NCBI GenBank assembly: GCA_030549835.1
Contig: JAUQQR010000001.1
Location: forward strand, 2,753-66,752
Source of the DNA: Thermoproteota archaeon
GTDB lineage: Archaea > Thermoproteota > Thermoprotei_A > Sulfolobales > Acidilobaceae
Direction of reading: 5' to 3'
Length of the DNA stretch: 64,000 nt
Part shown: positions 31,071 to 41,333 of the stretch, one piece after another
Layout of the letters: each line of letters starts with the position of its first letter
Numbering within the stretch: position 1 is the first letter of the stretch
Translations under genes and position numbers: made by a program
Notes under the pieces: model-generated
Database searches by the model: none
Told to the model about the DNA's origin: nothing
Seen by the model: the letters and a program-made list of their open reading frames with translations, nothing else

Positions 31071-31436
31071 ATGAGGGTTAAGCTTAAATGGGCTATGAAA
31101 TTGATGGAAGCCACACTATACGTAACCATTAATACTAGAGAGGATACAGTTAAAGCCATCCTAGAAGCTATAAGTAAGCTTAGGGAAGAATATGGGATCA
31201 GAATCTACCTTAAAATAGTAGATATAAGCCTAACACATAACATCATCATAGAGAAACCATTACTAGAAGTTAACGGGAGAATAATCGTAATAGATGAAAC
31301 CCAGAAAAACATAATAGAAATAGTTACAGACAACATCATAGTAGCACTACTAGGAAGCATATTTATAGATGAAAAACACGCTACTATACCTATTGGGAAA
31401 GATAGACCTGAAACCATAGAGGGAGTAATAAGCTAA
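31071..31436 (+). CDS. Hypothetical protein (possibly a thioredoxin-like fold without CxxC)
   Basis: 121-aa ORF; KPLLEVNG resembles the thioredoxin cis-Pro strand; start uncertain. Confidence 0.5.
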   Translation: MRVKLKWAMKLMEATLYVTINTREDTVKAILEAISKLREEYGIRIYLKIVDISLTHNIIIEKPLLEVNGRIIVIDETQKNIIEIVTDNIIVALLGSIFIDEKHATIPIGKDRPETIEGVIS

Positions 31437-31507
31437 ACTACCATAGGGAATAATACTACTCCTACTCTACAAAAATTTAGGTTCTAGACCTATGTTATCA
31501 TATTGGT

Positions 31508-31595
31508 GCGGGGGTGCCCGAGCCAGGTCAAAGGGGGCGGGCTTAAGACCCGTTGGCGTAGGCCTGCGTGGGTTCAAATCCCACCCCCCGCACCA
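31508..31595 (+). tRNA. tRNA-Leu(TAA) with encoded CCA
   Basis: Acceptor GCGGGGG/CCCCCGC; anticodon arm GCGGG-CT-TAA-GA-CCCGT; long variable arm; GTTCAAATC; ACCA end. Confidence 0.95.
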
Positions 31596-31714
31596 ATTAA
31601 ATCCCATAAAATCCCATAACCAAGCAATCAGAAAAGACTGAAAGTTTCAGGAAGGAATTAAGAGATTGAGAGAGCCTTAAAAATAATTATTAAGGAGGCT
31701 TTAAGAGTAGGAGT

Positions 31715-32842
31715 TTAGCTCTCAATCTTCTCTACTATAAATCCTCTTATTAACGCTAAATATGCCGCAAATGTGAATACTATTATTGAGAATATTAGAA
31801 ATCCTAAGATAACGTATACTAGAGATGCTGGAATATCCATGTAGAAGTTGAAGAATGCTGATATTGGTACTCCACTTTCACCTAATACGGCGATATATGG
31901 GTATCTTGGAGCATTATTAATAAACTCTCCTAGAAATACTATTAGTAAAGCTATGGGGCCTAAATACTTCGTATAGCCTATTATGGTTTTCCTCCTTCTT
32001 ACACTAAACCAGGAGTATAGCGAGAGGATTAATAATAATAGTACTAAGATTAGCTTCAGGGCAAAGAGTGGAGCATATGGTCCAAACGTTATATTATTGA
32101 ATATGTACGTGGATCTACTATATATAGTGAGATAGTATAGCGGTCCTGCAATGAGCTGTGCGAGGAGGAATAGTATACCATACTTTAAGCCTATCTCCAC
32201 CCACCTTACATTATTTTCTAGGACCATTATAGATGCAATAACAAACCCGCCTGTTGATATAACAGCGAATACTGTATGAGCGTATAGTGACCAGTATAGA
32301 GGGGAAGTATAGGCATACCATAGCGGAGGAGTATTTCCAGCTAAGAATACTGATATAGTGTGTGGGTATGATAGCTCCGAGAATAATGTTCTAAATCCTA
32401 GAGGTACCCCAAAACCTGATAATGCCATAATAAAACCAATTGTACTATGAGCTCTCTCAGAAATCTTACCCCAAGTATACCAGAATATTGCAATAGAGGG
32501 TATCCTAATCATTATGCTTACTATTGCTATCGTTATCGGAGTAAATAATACATTTGTTGCTAGTGCAACAAGACCTGGGAAGAACCCTACGAGGACTACA
32601 GTTATTATCGTGCCCCAGACACCTGAGAATAATTCAGTGACAATCATTAGCCTAAATGCTTTCCTTGCAAAGAGTTCTAGCTCACCATCAGATCTCTTAT
32701 ATGCAAGCCACCTATAAACTGCTGTTATTAAGCCTACACCTAGAGTTATAGAGACGAAGATTATGTGAATGAGTACTGCTAAGCCTAATACTGTAAATCC
32801 TAGTAACTGAGCTGGTGTAACTACTACTTCTCCACTACTCAC
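31715..32842 (-). CDS. Cytochrome bd second subunit homologous to subunit I (CydA')
   Basis: HIIFVSITLG, ELFSGVWGT and AHT paralogous to CydA; shorter; occupies the position of cydB. Confidence 0.75.
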   Translation of the reverse strand: MSSGEVVVTPAQLLGFTVLGLAVLIHIIFVSITLGVGLITAVYRWLAYKRSDGELELFARKAFRLMIVTELFSGVWGTIITVVLVGFFPGLVALATNVLFTPITIAIVSIMIRIPSIAIFWYTWGKISERAHSTIGFIMALSGFGVPLGFRTLFSELSYPHTISVFLAGNTPPLWYAYTSPLYWSLYAHTVFAVISTGGFVIASIMVLENNVRWVEIGLKYGILFLLAQLIAGPLYYLTIYSRSTYIFNNITFGPYAPLFALKLILVLLLLILSLYSWFSVRRRKTIIGYTKYLGPIALLIVFLGEFINNAPRYPYIAVLGESGVPISAFFNFYMDIPASLVYVILGFLIFSIIVFTFAAYLALIRGFIVEKIES

Positions 32843-32846
32843 CCAT

Positions 32847-34475
32847 TCATCGCCTCCCGCTAAGGAATCTCTCTAGTAGTTGTGTAAACACTGCGTGCCT
32901 AGAAGCTACTATGTACATTGCATATATTCCTGCTACGTTAATAGCTATGATTATAGCACTAGCAAAAATGGTAAACTCGAGTGTTCTAGCATAATCTACT
33001 ACTGTTACAACCTCAGATGGATATATGAGACCATATATTGTCCAAGGCTTTCTACCAACTTCTCTAACATACCATCCTAGCACAGCTGCTAGTGCAACAC
33101 CTAGAGCTATCAGTATAGTGAGTATGAATATACTCTTCGCATAATCTCCTCTACCAATAATATTTACAAGTCTCCTAGATATGCTTGAAACTAATGGTAT
33201 CCTATACATGACTCCAGCTAGTAGTATCGCTGATATAAATGCTATAACTCCGCCAAATATCTTAGTGTAATATGCTATATTCACAGCCCTAATTTTAGGC
33301 TCTACACTCTTGAGATCACCTATACAAACATCTGATACTTTTGTAGATAGAACATTGTCAAGTCTTTGCGTATCTAACTTTATACCTAGGTTATTAGAGA
33401 TTTCTAATAGGTTCTCCCTAGTTAATCCTAGGCTATTAGCTAGCTCACCTAGTGTAATAGTCTGCTCTCTACAAGATGCATAGAATCTATCGAATCCTAT
33501 TATTGGATGATTGGGATCACCATAGGCTAGAAATCCTATAATTGGATTGTGATAAGTCGTATAAGCCCCCTCCATCATAGCAAACTTAACTGGATTATAA
33601 TATGCTACGTTAACACCCATATAGTGCCCTATGATTGTTGGCTGAATTAATATTAGTATTAGTAGGATAGGATAAAATACTCTTATAATCTGTGCATACT
33701 TCACATCTTTAGACTTATAGAGTCTATATGAGAATCCTAGGAGTGCTATTGATAATCCTACTATTAAAGCTGCAACTATATTATGCGCTACAGACACCCA
33801 CGCATATAAACTATAGAATGCTATATAGGGATCATTTAATATTATCCCTACGACATTAGATGCTTCAGGAGTCTGTATTATTTCTTGGAGTGGTAAGCCT
33901 GACGCTAATAATAGTATTTTCAATGCTACTAACTTCTGAGCATCTACAGCTAAAGGACCATACTCTGGTAGGAAGGGGTATAGAGCACCAGGTATAGTAG
34001 CAACCCCCCAGGGAACATTCATCCATGAATTTACAGTAGTGATGAGCAAACCTGAGTATACGGCGAAAACCCAGTAAACGCCTAGGATTAGAATACTTAT
34101 CATAGGCCTAACTCTACCAAGAGTTACTATGAAAAGTATCAGGAACGCTATCTCATTAGCAAATGCTATTAGCTCTAATGCTAGTGGAGCAAAGAAGAAT
34201 GACGCTATAGCAGCTATAGTCCCCGGCCACACCTGTACGAGTCCAAACTCTACAAGCGTCCCTGTTATAGCCCCTAGAGCAAAGTTCACAGCAAGGACAT
34301 AGGTTAGTATCCTAGCTGCTCTCATATACTCAGAGGCTCCTGTCCTACTATATGCAAAAAGAAGAGCCATAATAGCTAGTGGGAAGCCTAAAGTAATTGA
34401 TACGAATATAGCGTGGAAATATATGCCTATCGCAGATAATGCTAGTAAGTATTCTACTCCTAGTGATTCAGCCAC
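32847..34475 (-). CDS. cydA: Cytochrome bd quinol oxidase subunit I
   Basis: FHAIFV, NFALGAITG..EF, NSWM, GH, PVKFAMME, GWYVREVGRKPW. Confidence 0.9.
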   Translation of the reverse strand: MAESLGVEYLLALSAIGIYFHAIFVSITLGFPLAIMALLFAYSRTGASEYMRAARILTYVLAVNFALGAITGTLVEFGLVQVWPGTIAAIASFFFAPLALELIAFANEIAFLILFIVTLGRVRPMISILILGVYWVFAVYSGLLITTVNSWMNVPWGVATIPGALYPFLPEYGPLAVDAQKLVALKILLLASGLPLQEIIQTPEASNVVGIILNDPYIAFYSLYAWVSVAHNIVAALIVGLSIALLGFSYRLYKSKDVKYAQIIRVFYPILLILILIQPTIIGHYMGVNVAYYNPVKFAMMEGAYTTYHNPIIGFLAYGDPNHPIIGFDRFYASCREQTITLGELANSLGLTRENLLEISNNLGIKLDTQRLDNVLSTKVSDVCIGDLKSVEPKIRAVNIAYYTKIFGGVIAFISAILLAGVMYRIPLVSSISRRLVNIIGRGDYAKSIFILTILIALGVALAAVLGWYVREVGRKPWTIYGLIYPSEVVTVVDYARTLEFTIFASAIIIAINVAGIYAMYIVASRHAVFTQLLERFLSGRR

Positions 34476-34787
34476 ATTACCACCTCAAAATTTATCTTAA
34501 TTATAATATGGCCTAATATATTTGTATTATAATGAATAATTTGTTAGAATATAAGTAAAAGTATAATAAATTTTAAGTTAAATCTAGAATGTCACATGTA
34601 CGTCTCACTGAACCCAATCAATGACTCATTATATGATATTCCATGTTTTATGATAGCTTATATTAGCTGTATCAGTTTAACTATGTTTTCCTACACTTAT
34701 TTGATAATCTATGTGTTAACTTCTAGTGCCATATTTTAGAGTTGCTTTGTGGGTTTAAGGCTAAGTCTAGTGGTTCTAATGCTGTTA

Positions 34788-35573
34788 TTATGTGATGCTT
34801 AGTCCTCCATCAACTGGTATGAGGTTTCCTGTTATGAATGATGCTCTTTCTGAGGCAAGGAAGGCTACTAGCGATGCTAGTTCTCTTGGATCTCCTACTC
34901 TACCTAGGGGTATTTTTGATGCTCTTCTCTTTATAGCCTCTTCTACGCTTATACCTAATCTTTTAGCGTCTACTTCAGCTAATTCTCTTACTCTATCAGT
35001 TAGTATTAGTGAGGGTAGGATAGCGTTTACTGTTATGTTGAATTTAGAGAGCTCTAAAGCTAACGTCTTCACTAAGCCTGCTATTACAGTTCTCATAACG
35101 TTACTTGTAGCTAGATTCTCTAGTGGCTTAACTAGTGTTATAGAGCCTATAAATATGATCCTACCCCACCTTCTAGGTATCATTAGCTTAGATGCCTCCC
35201 TAGAGACTATTATAGAACTTAAAGCTAGAAGCCTATACGTATCATCCCAATCATCATCACTTATATCATAGAAGCCTCCAGGTTTAGGGCCTCCAGTACT
35301 ATAAACCAGAATATCAAGCCTACCATAATTTCCCCTAATATAATCGAATAACTTGTAGATATCACTCTTAACTCTTAAATCTCCAGTAAAAGTATCAATA
35401 GATACGTTAGCAGCTTCCCTAATACTACTCTTAGCAACTTCAAGCTTAGATTTATCTCGTGAAAATAGAATAATATCACAACCCTCAAGAGCAAGCTCAA
35501 AAGCTGAGGCAAAACCTAGGCCAGAGCTCCCTCCAGTAATAAGAGCTAATTTACCTCTAAGACCCAAATCCAT
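34788..35573 (-). CDS. Short-chain dehydrogenase/reductase
   Basis: TGGSSGLG, SNVMR (atypical YxxxK position), ITVNAILP, IPLGRVG, VDGG. Confidence 0.9.
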   Translation of the reverse strand: MDLGLRGKLALITGGSSGLGFASAFELALEGCDIILFSRDKSKLEVAKSSIREAANVSIDTFTGDLRVKSDIYKLFDYIRGNYGRLDILVYSTGGPKPGGFYDISDDDWDDTYRLLALSSIIVSREASKLMIPRRWGRIIFIGSITLVKPLENLATSNVMRTVIAGLVKTLALELSKFNITVNAILPSLILTDRVRELAEVDAKRLGISVEEAIKRRASKIPLGRVGDPRELASLVAFLASERASFITGNLIPVDGGLSIT

Positions 35574-35683
35574 AGATACACACCAGATATGCTAGAGTAG
35601 TATTAAAGCAAATATCTTAATATGAAAGATTATCTTCCGGAACCAGTACTCTGAATGTGTCAGCATATTATTAATTATCAGTA

Positions 35684-35731
35684 GGGTTGATAGTTGCTTT
35701 GGTGCGTTAGGTTTATAAGGGTTTTTAGAGG
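35684..35731 (+). repeat. Isolated left-end fragment of a family-B element
   Basis: GGGTTGATAGTTGCTTTGGTGCGTTAGGTTTATAAGGGTTTTT nearly identical to 62519.. and to the reverse complement of ..58992. Confidence 0.85.
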
Positions 35732-38722
35732 TTATCTTTCACATGTTTTACATGTTGAGTTCTCTGTTATCTCGAGTACTATTTCTTCTCCTTTAGTTTC
35801 TTCTTTAACCTCAAATATCTCCTTTAACTTTCTATCTCTCTCTGTTTCTACTGGTTTTAATGTTTTCTTTATGAGCGTCATTCTTGATGGTTGTGTTTTC
35901 TCTTTCTTCTTTCTTATTAATCTTCTTACTCCTGCTTTCTCTTTACCTCCGAATACTATTACTTGTGCTCCTTTACTTTCATCTCTATATACCGTGAATC
36001 CCTTTAATCCTCCTAGCCATGCTAGTATGTATACCATGTAGACGTCTTCGATTAGAGAGTCTTTATGTAGGTTTACTGTCTTACTTATAGCTTGATCTAT
36101 GTATAGCTGTGAGGCTATCTGATGTGATACATGGTACCATAGGTCGAAGTCCATTGCTGTGCTATATTTACGGGCTAGAGTTGCTAGGGCTTTTATGAAG
36201 CTCTCTGGTATGTTAAGTTCTCTTAGCTTAGCCTCTATCTCTGGTAGGGCTCTCCTTAGGCTCCCTTTATTCTCTCTTATCATATCATATACTAGCATTA
36301 TGGTATTATTATCTATATTATGCTTCCGGGCTTCTCTTAGTAGGTCTTTTCTAAATTCTCTATTAATCTCTAGGAATGACCCTATAGCTACCTGCCTCTT
36401 GAATACTAGAGCGAAGTAAGGCTCTATACCACTACTAGCTCCAGCTATTATGCTTATTGTGCCAGTAGGTGCCACAGTAGTTGTAACAGTATTCCTTGGA
36501 GCCTTAGCTCCAATAATTCTACCATAAGATCTTAGAGTCGTCCAAGCTCTAATAGGCTGGTATACTGCAAGGGCTAGGAGCATTTCAGGGCTTTTAGCAA
36601 CCTCTAATGGGCTAGCTTGTAGAGCTCTCCATAAATGCTCTCTAGTTATACCGAAAACATCTCTTAACACCTTCTCTAGAGTCTCTATAGGTATGAGTCT
36701 AAGAGCTCCATCACTCTCCACTCTTAATGCTGCTAATCCTCTAAACTTAGCCCTCACATCTTCCGGTATCCTTATATCCTCGTGGTACTTAACTTTAACC
36801 CATCCATCTTCAAATTTCATAACATAACCTGCCTTAACTAATGCTGGGATGTGAAGCTCTACGAGCTCTTCCGGATCTCCTCTCTCAATACACTCGAAGG
36901 CTCTCCAATCATAATGTTTACACTCAAATGCTGGAGCATGACCTAGCTCAGCTCCAAGCTCCCAACTCCTCTTCCAGCTAAATACTTCTAAAGCAGCTGA
37001 TACTATCATAGTAAATGCTACAGCCTCATCACTATCATATGGGTATCCTATCTCAGCTAGAGCATCAGCTAATCCCATAAATCCTAATCCAATCTTCCTA
37101 GTCATAAGATTAACTTTATAGTGCCTCGGGTCTGGGTGGTTGTTTAAGTCTATAGCTGCATCCATAGAGTCAATTATTAAGTGTATATCCTCATAGAATC
37201 TATCTACTCTAAACCTCTTATTCTCAATATACTTCGCTATGTTAAAGCTCCCGAGGTTACAGTTCTCGAATGGATATAATACCTGCTCTGAGCACGGGTT
37301 TGTAGCTACTAGTACTCCAAGCCATGGAGTTGGATTCCACTTATTATGGTTATCGAAGTATACTACGCCGGGGTCTCCTCCAGCCCATGCATTCTCAACA
37401 ATCTCATCCCATAATATTCTAGCATTAATCCTCCATATGTAAGTGTTCTTAGCTTCAATATTCGGATTTAAGCCTCTAGCTTTAGAGTAGTCCTCATAGT
37501 CTCTTAAAGCTTTAACTCTAGCATCTTCTAGAACATCCTCATATATGTTTAGGTATGGATTACTTAAGAGCCACCTATGCTTCTCAATAAGTTCTCCTAG
37601 TCTACCTAAGCCTGTAGCCTTACTAACACTATAGTGTATCTTATATAATCCATTACTAGCCGAGTATCTAGGATTAACCATCCACCAGTAATCATCATCT
37701 AATACTGCCTTCATGAATAAATCATTGATACCAACGCTTATGTTAAAGTTTGTTAAGTTAGCATCCTGTAATGGGGGCTTTTTAGCTTGTATAAATCCTG
37801 CATCTTCAACAGTCCAATATCCATTTCTTACCATATTCTCAATTATTGTTTTAATGTTTCTATCAACCTCGTAACCTTCGGATTCAATCTCCTCTATGAG
37901 CCTCTTAGTAGCCTCTAATATGTTGTTTATCTGGGGTGGCATCTTATTCCTTAGAGCAACATATGGGTCGAAGCCTGGCGTATATATGTCTGGATGCCAT
38001 ACATGCATTATGCCCATGTTAGCTCCTCTACGCTTACCTCCTTGTTTTACAAGCTCTGTTATTACATCATATAATTGCATAAAGCTTATAGGCCCACTAC
38101 TCCAGCCACTCGTACCCTTAACAATATCCCATCTAGGTCTAAGCTCGCTAAAGCTAAACCCTTGGCCTCCACCCCACTTAAATGTCATAGCTTGGACTAC
38201 GCCTGCATCCATTATAGCTCTCATATCATCATATACTGGAGTCACATAACATGCTGATAGTGTACCTCTAGCTCCATCAACATACATGTTGAAGAGAGTT
38301 GGACTATTAAACATGAAGTATCCATCTACCAGTAGCTTATATAGCTTCTCAGAGTCTACCCTACCCTTAAAGCCTAGAGCAACACGGGCCATGACCATAC
38401 TTGGAGTCTCTGTATATAAACCATTAGAACTTCTACTCATATACCTAGCCATTAAAACCCTTATAGCATTATAAGTAAACTTCATATCATCAGGGCAAGG
38501 CTCACTAATACGGCCCTCTAGGTACATCTTAATACATTCTGGGAAAGGAGCTAAGAGTCCTCCATTTAAAGCCTTCCCAGAGTAACTTCTAGAAACCTCA
38601 TCATATATTCTTTTAAGTAAGCTAATCTTAGCTTCAACTTCAGCCTCAGGTCTAACTGAAGACTCTTGTATTAGCTTTAATTCAAGCTCCTCACTCAAAC
38701 TATAACCCCCCATTACTCTCAC
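35732..38722 (-). CDS. nrdJ: Class II (adenosylcobalamin-dependent) ribonucleotide reductase
   Basis: FNSPTL, LSACY, KQGGKRRGANM, TNPCSEQ, APTGT, SGIEP, DQAISKT, C-terminal CKTC. Confidence 0.93.
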   Translation of the reverse strand: MRVMGGYSLSEELELKLIQESSVRPEAEVEAKISLLKRIYDEVSRSYSGKALNGGLLAPFPECIKMYLEGRISEPCPDDMKFTYNAIRVLMARYMSRSSNGLYTETPSMVMARVALGFKGRVDSEKLYKLLVDGYFMFNSPTLFNMYVDGARGTLSACYVTPVYDDMRAIMDAGVVQAMTFKWGGGQGFSFSELRPRWDIVKGTSGWSSGPISFMQLYDVITELVKQGGKRRGANMGIMHVWHPDIYTPGFDPYVALRNKMPPQINNILEATKRLIEEIESEGYEVDRNIKTIIENMVRNGYWTVEDAGFIQAKKPPLQDANLTNFNISVGINDLFMKAVLDDDYWWMVNPRYSASNGLYKIHYSVSKATGLGRLGELIEKHRWLLSNPYLNIYEDVLEDARVKALRDYEDYSKARGLNPNIEAKNTYIWRINARILWDEIVENAWAGGDPGVVYFDNHNKWNPTPWLGVLVATNPCSEQVLYPFENCNLGSFNIAKYIENKRFRVDRFYEDIHLIIDSMDAAIDLNNHPDPRHYKVNLMTRKIGLGFMGLADALAEIGYPYDSDEAVAFTMIVSAALEVFSWKRSWELGAELGHAPAFECKHYDWRAFECIERGDPEELVELHIPALVKAGYVMKFEDGWVKVKYHEDIRIPEDVRAKFRGLAALRVESDGALRLIPIETLEKVLRDVFGITREHLWRALQASPLEVAKSPEMLLALAVYQPIRAWTTLRSYGRIIGAKAPRNTVTTTVAPTGTISIIAGASSGIEPYFALVFKRQVAIGSFLEINREFRKDLLREARKHNIDNNTIMLVYDMIRENKGSLRRALPEIEAKLRELNIPESFIKALATLARKYSTAMDFDLWYHVSHQIASQLYIDQAISKTVNLHKDSLIEDVYMVYILAWLGGLKGFTVYRDESKGAQVIVFGGKEKAGVRRLIRKKKEKTQPSRMTLIKKTLKPVETERDRKLKEIFEVKEETKGEEIVLEITENSTCKTCER

Positions 38723-38792
38723 TTAAACTATATTTAACGAAATACAGAGTCAAAGTAGAGTTAGAGAGTCTAGCGTATTTTTGCTTTGGTAA

Positions 38793-38945
38793 CCGTATGT
38801 AAAAGACCATCTCTTCTCCTGCATCAACTGCCACATTTGTAGTAATAGCTAAGCTAATCTCCATACTAGTTATTTCATACTGCCTGGTAGCTATAAGACT
38901 ATCCTGAGATATTACCCACCAAAGGCCCCCTACTTAGATTAGCCA
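38793..38945 (-). repeat. Possible highly degenerate, internally deleted family-A copy
   Basis: TTCTCCTGCATC (38814-38825) and CCACATTT (38831-38838) match 45262..45550 in the same order; weaker TATAAG..GGCCC match further along. Confidence 0.4.
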
Positions 38946-39018
38946 CGCCCTATTCATAGGTATTACTAGCTAACTTTATAACTCCTATGGAACCTATTAT
39001 TATAGGGGTTAGTCCTTT

Positions 39019-39840
39019 ATGTCTAAAGCTCTTAGAAGAGGTAAGAAGGAAGATATCCAAACATCTAAGATAAGAGAGCCAGCTACAGCTAAAACAGCTA
39101 TGAAAGTAGCTAAGACTGAGACTGTTAAGAGGGCTTCTGCAAAACAGAAGGATACTCTAGCTAGTAGAGAAGAAGTTAATAGGCTTGTAGTAGAAGTATC
39201 AGAGAGTATATTAGAGGAGTTTGACTTAAAGAATCTATTTACAGTACAGGATATCAGAGATATTGTAGAGAACACTATAAGAGATTATGTCGAGAGTGGT
39301 AAGAAAATTGAAGCTAAGAGTTTAATTAAAAGATTTGAGATCTATAGAGATGAACTCTACAAATTCCTAGCATCTAAAATTATATCAGAGAATAGAGAGT
39401 TAAATAATGAAATTATAGAATTTATAGTTTATAGAGCACCCGAAATTGCTGGGAAAGCTACACCACTCCTCTATAAAGCTTCTATAGGAGCCCCCCACAT
39501 TATTGCTAGTCTAAGAGAGTTATGGGAAAGATATGGAAACCCTACTCTACTAAGATGTCCTAGGTGTATGTTTAAATCTCTAACACCAGACTTCTACTGC
39601 CTAGTATGTGGAGCTACGCCTGGAGAAGCTGAGATTAAAACCATCATGAGATTCGAGGATGAGCTTAGATATGCTGCATCACAATGGCATTCAAATCTCA
39701 TAATTGAAGCTCTAAACTCTGGCTACGTTTACTATGACGGTGAGATTAAACCCCCTAGTCTAGTAAAGAACCGTACTGGAGTGTTATTCCATCTATCTAC
39801 TAAAGAGAAGAATATTCTAAGAGAGATTTTAAATAAATAA
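39019..39840 (+). CDS. Hypothetical protein with a C-terminal zinc ribbon
   Basis: Lys-rich N-terminus, helical body, CPRC..CLVC. Confidence 0.75.
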   Translation: MSKALRRGKKEDIQTSKIREPATAKTAMKVAKTETVKRASAKQKDTLASREEVNRLVVEVSESILEEFDLKNLFTVQDIRDIVENTIRDYVESGKKIEAKSLIKRFEIYRDELYKFLASKIISENRELNNEIIEFIVYRAPEIAGKATPLLYKASIGAPHIIASLRELWERYGNPTLLRCPRCMFKSLTPDFYCLVCGATPGEAEIKTIMRFEDELRYAASQWHSNLIIEALNSGYVYYDGEIKPPSLVKNRTGVLFHLSTKEKNILREILNK

Positions 39841-39906
39841 ATCTATATTATAGCCAAACATATATGTTCTAACTTAAAAGGCTGAGCAATCCACCTATTA
39901 TAATGG

Positions 39907-40317
39907 GTGCTCGTAAAAGTGAGAGCTCTAAGAAAAGGTGTTAAGGGCGAGCTTCCATGCGAGCATGCAGCTAGAGCTGTATTCCCATCTATTAGAGCTA
40001 GTCTAGCTAAGATTCTAATAGAAGAGTATAATCTTAACAGATATAGTGTTGCTAAGATTCTAGGTACTACTCCTGCAGCCATAACTCAATACTTAGAGGG
40101 TAAGAGAGGAGATAAGTATATTAAAAAAATACATTCTAATAATAAGCTCCTAGAGATTCTAAGGAAAACTGCAAAAGATATTACATCCTCCTATGAAGCA
40201 ACAGGTAAGGTAGACTATATATTATACCAGAAAGCTTTCTGTAATATATGTAGTAAGATTAACGAGTTAGCAGTAGATCGAGGATGCCCAGCTACAATAT
40301 TTAATAAAGTAAACTAG
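39907..40317 (+). CDS. HTH transcriptional regulator (archaeal PCE...HTH...CxxC type)
   Basis: LPCE, VAKILGTTPAAITQYLEGKRG, FCNIC. Confidence 0.8.
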   Translation: MLVKVRALRKGVKGELPCEHAARAVFPSIRASLAKILIEEYNLNRYSVAKILGTTPAAITQYLEGKRGDKYIKKIHSNNKLLEILRKTAKDITSSYEATGKVDYILYQKAFCNICSKINELAVDRGCPATIFNKVN

Positions 40318-41207
40318 CTTATAGTCTTTAAACACCTTAATATATTAGAGACTAAAGCCTCTAACTCCTCACATGCTAGGTATGCTGCTGCATAGTTATA
40401 GTATGGGGCACCTAGTCTAGAGAATAGTGTTAAAACCTTACCTTTATGGTTAAACTTATACCCAAGTGCTGTAGCCTCATGTCCCCTAACTATTAACCTT
40501 GTTTTAGTTAAGTTTAGAGAATACTCTGTAACCCTAGGCCCCCATAGGCTCCCAGCACCTCTAGGGTTTGGAGCCTTATACTCTATAAATTCTGATGGAT
40601 CATTCCATAGTATCTCCTCTAAACTACCTCCCCTATCCCATGCTAGGTATTCTAGGGGGTCTATAGCTTCAGTTATTGTCGGAGGTCCTCCATGTAATGC
40701 TAATATATGGTTTCTAATTATTAGAGCATGAGGTAGCTTATCGAAAAATCTCCTTGAATGAACATATAAGTCGTACCCTATAGATCCGTAGATCTCAAGT
40801 AAAGCTTCACGGTAATCGTGGGGATAAGGGTCTAGACCTTGAGGTGGCTCATGATTACCTCTTAGCAGTATAATCTTCTCTCCTAACTGCTTCTTTAGAT
40901 CATATAGTCTCGCTAGGGTTGCAATTTGACCTTCAGGGGGACCTCTATCAATATAATCTCCTAGAAATACTACTAACCCCCTACCTATTACCTCCAACTC
41001 TTCTAAATTACCTAGTATCTTATCTAATGTATTGTAGTCTCCATGTATATCGCCTATAACTGCTATAGGCCCATTAAAATATTCTAATACTATAACTCCT
41101 CCTCTCCTAAACCCTGTAAGATATCCTCCCTTAGACTCCTCACTATCCATTGTATTGATTAAATCCTCTAATATATCCTTAAACTTACCTACACTAGGTA
41201 GATTCAT
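40314..41207 (-). CDS. PPP-family serine/threonine protein phosphatase
   Basis: GDIHG, GDYIDRG, LRGNHE, HGG, LWNDP, RGHE. Confidence 0.92.
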   Translation of the reverse strand: MNLPSVGKFKDILEDLINTMDSEESKGGYLTGFRRGGVIVLEYFNGPIAVIGDIHGDYNTLDKILGNLEELEVIGRGLVVFLGDYIDRGPPEGQIATLARLYDLKKQLGEKIILLRGNHEPPQGLDPYPHDYREALLEIYGSIGYDLYVHSRRFFDKLPHALIIRNHILALHGGPPTITEAIDPLEYLAWDRGGSLEEILWNDPSEFIEYKAPNPRGAGSLWGPRVTEYSLNLTKTRLIVRGHEATALGYKFNHKGKVLTLFSRLGAPYYNYAAAYLACEELEALVSNILRCLKTIS

Positions 41208-41294
41208 AGTTTAAGCCACCAGAATATTAACATAGTTAAGAATAGAAATTAATTATTATATAGGGGTATATGCTCATAGATGTCGGATTAAGGT

Positions 41295-41333
41295 CTGATC
41301 TCCTCCCCGCCCTAAAGGGCTAAGCTTTCGGTT
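41295..41333 (-). mobile_element. 39-bp family-C mini-element (fused IS200/IS605-like left and right ends)
   Basis: Minus strand reads TTAC|AACCGAAAGCTTAGCCCTTTAGGGCGGGGAGGAGATCAG with a GCCC-TTTA-GGGC hairpin; both halves match the ends of 62429..62874. Confidence 0.75.

Noticed and set aside
35732..38722. Intein in NrdJ
   Set aside because: No intein splice-junction pair (N-terminal C/S with C-terminal HN-C/S/T) or LAGLIDADG motifs in the insertions.
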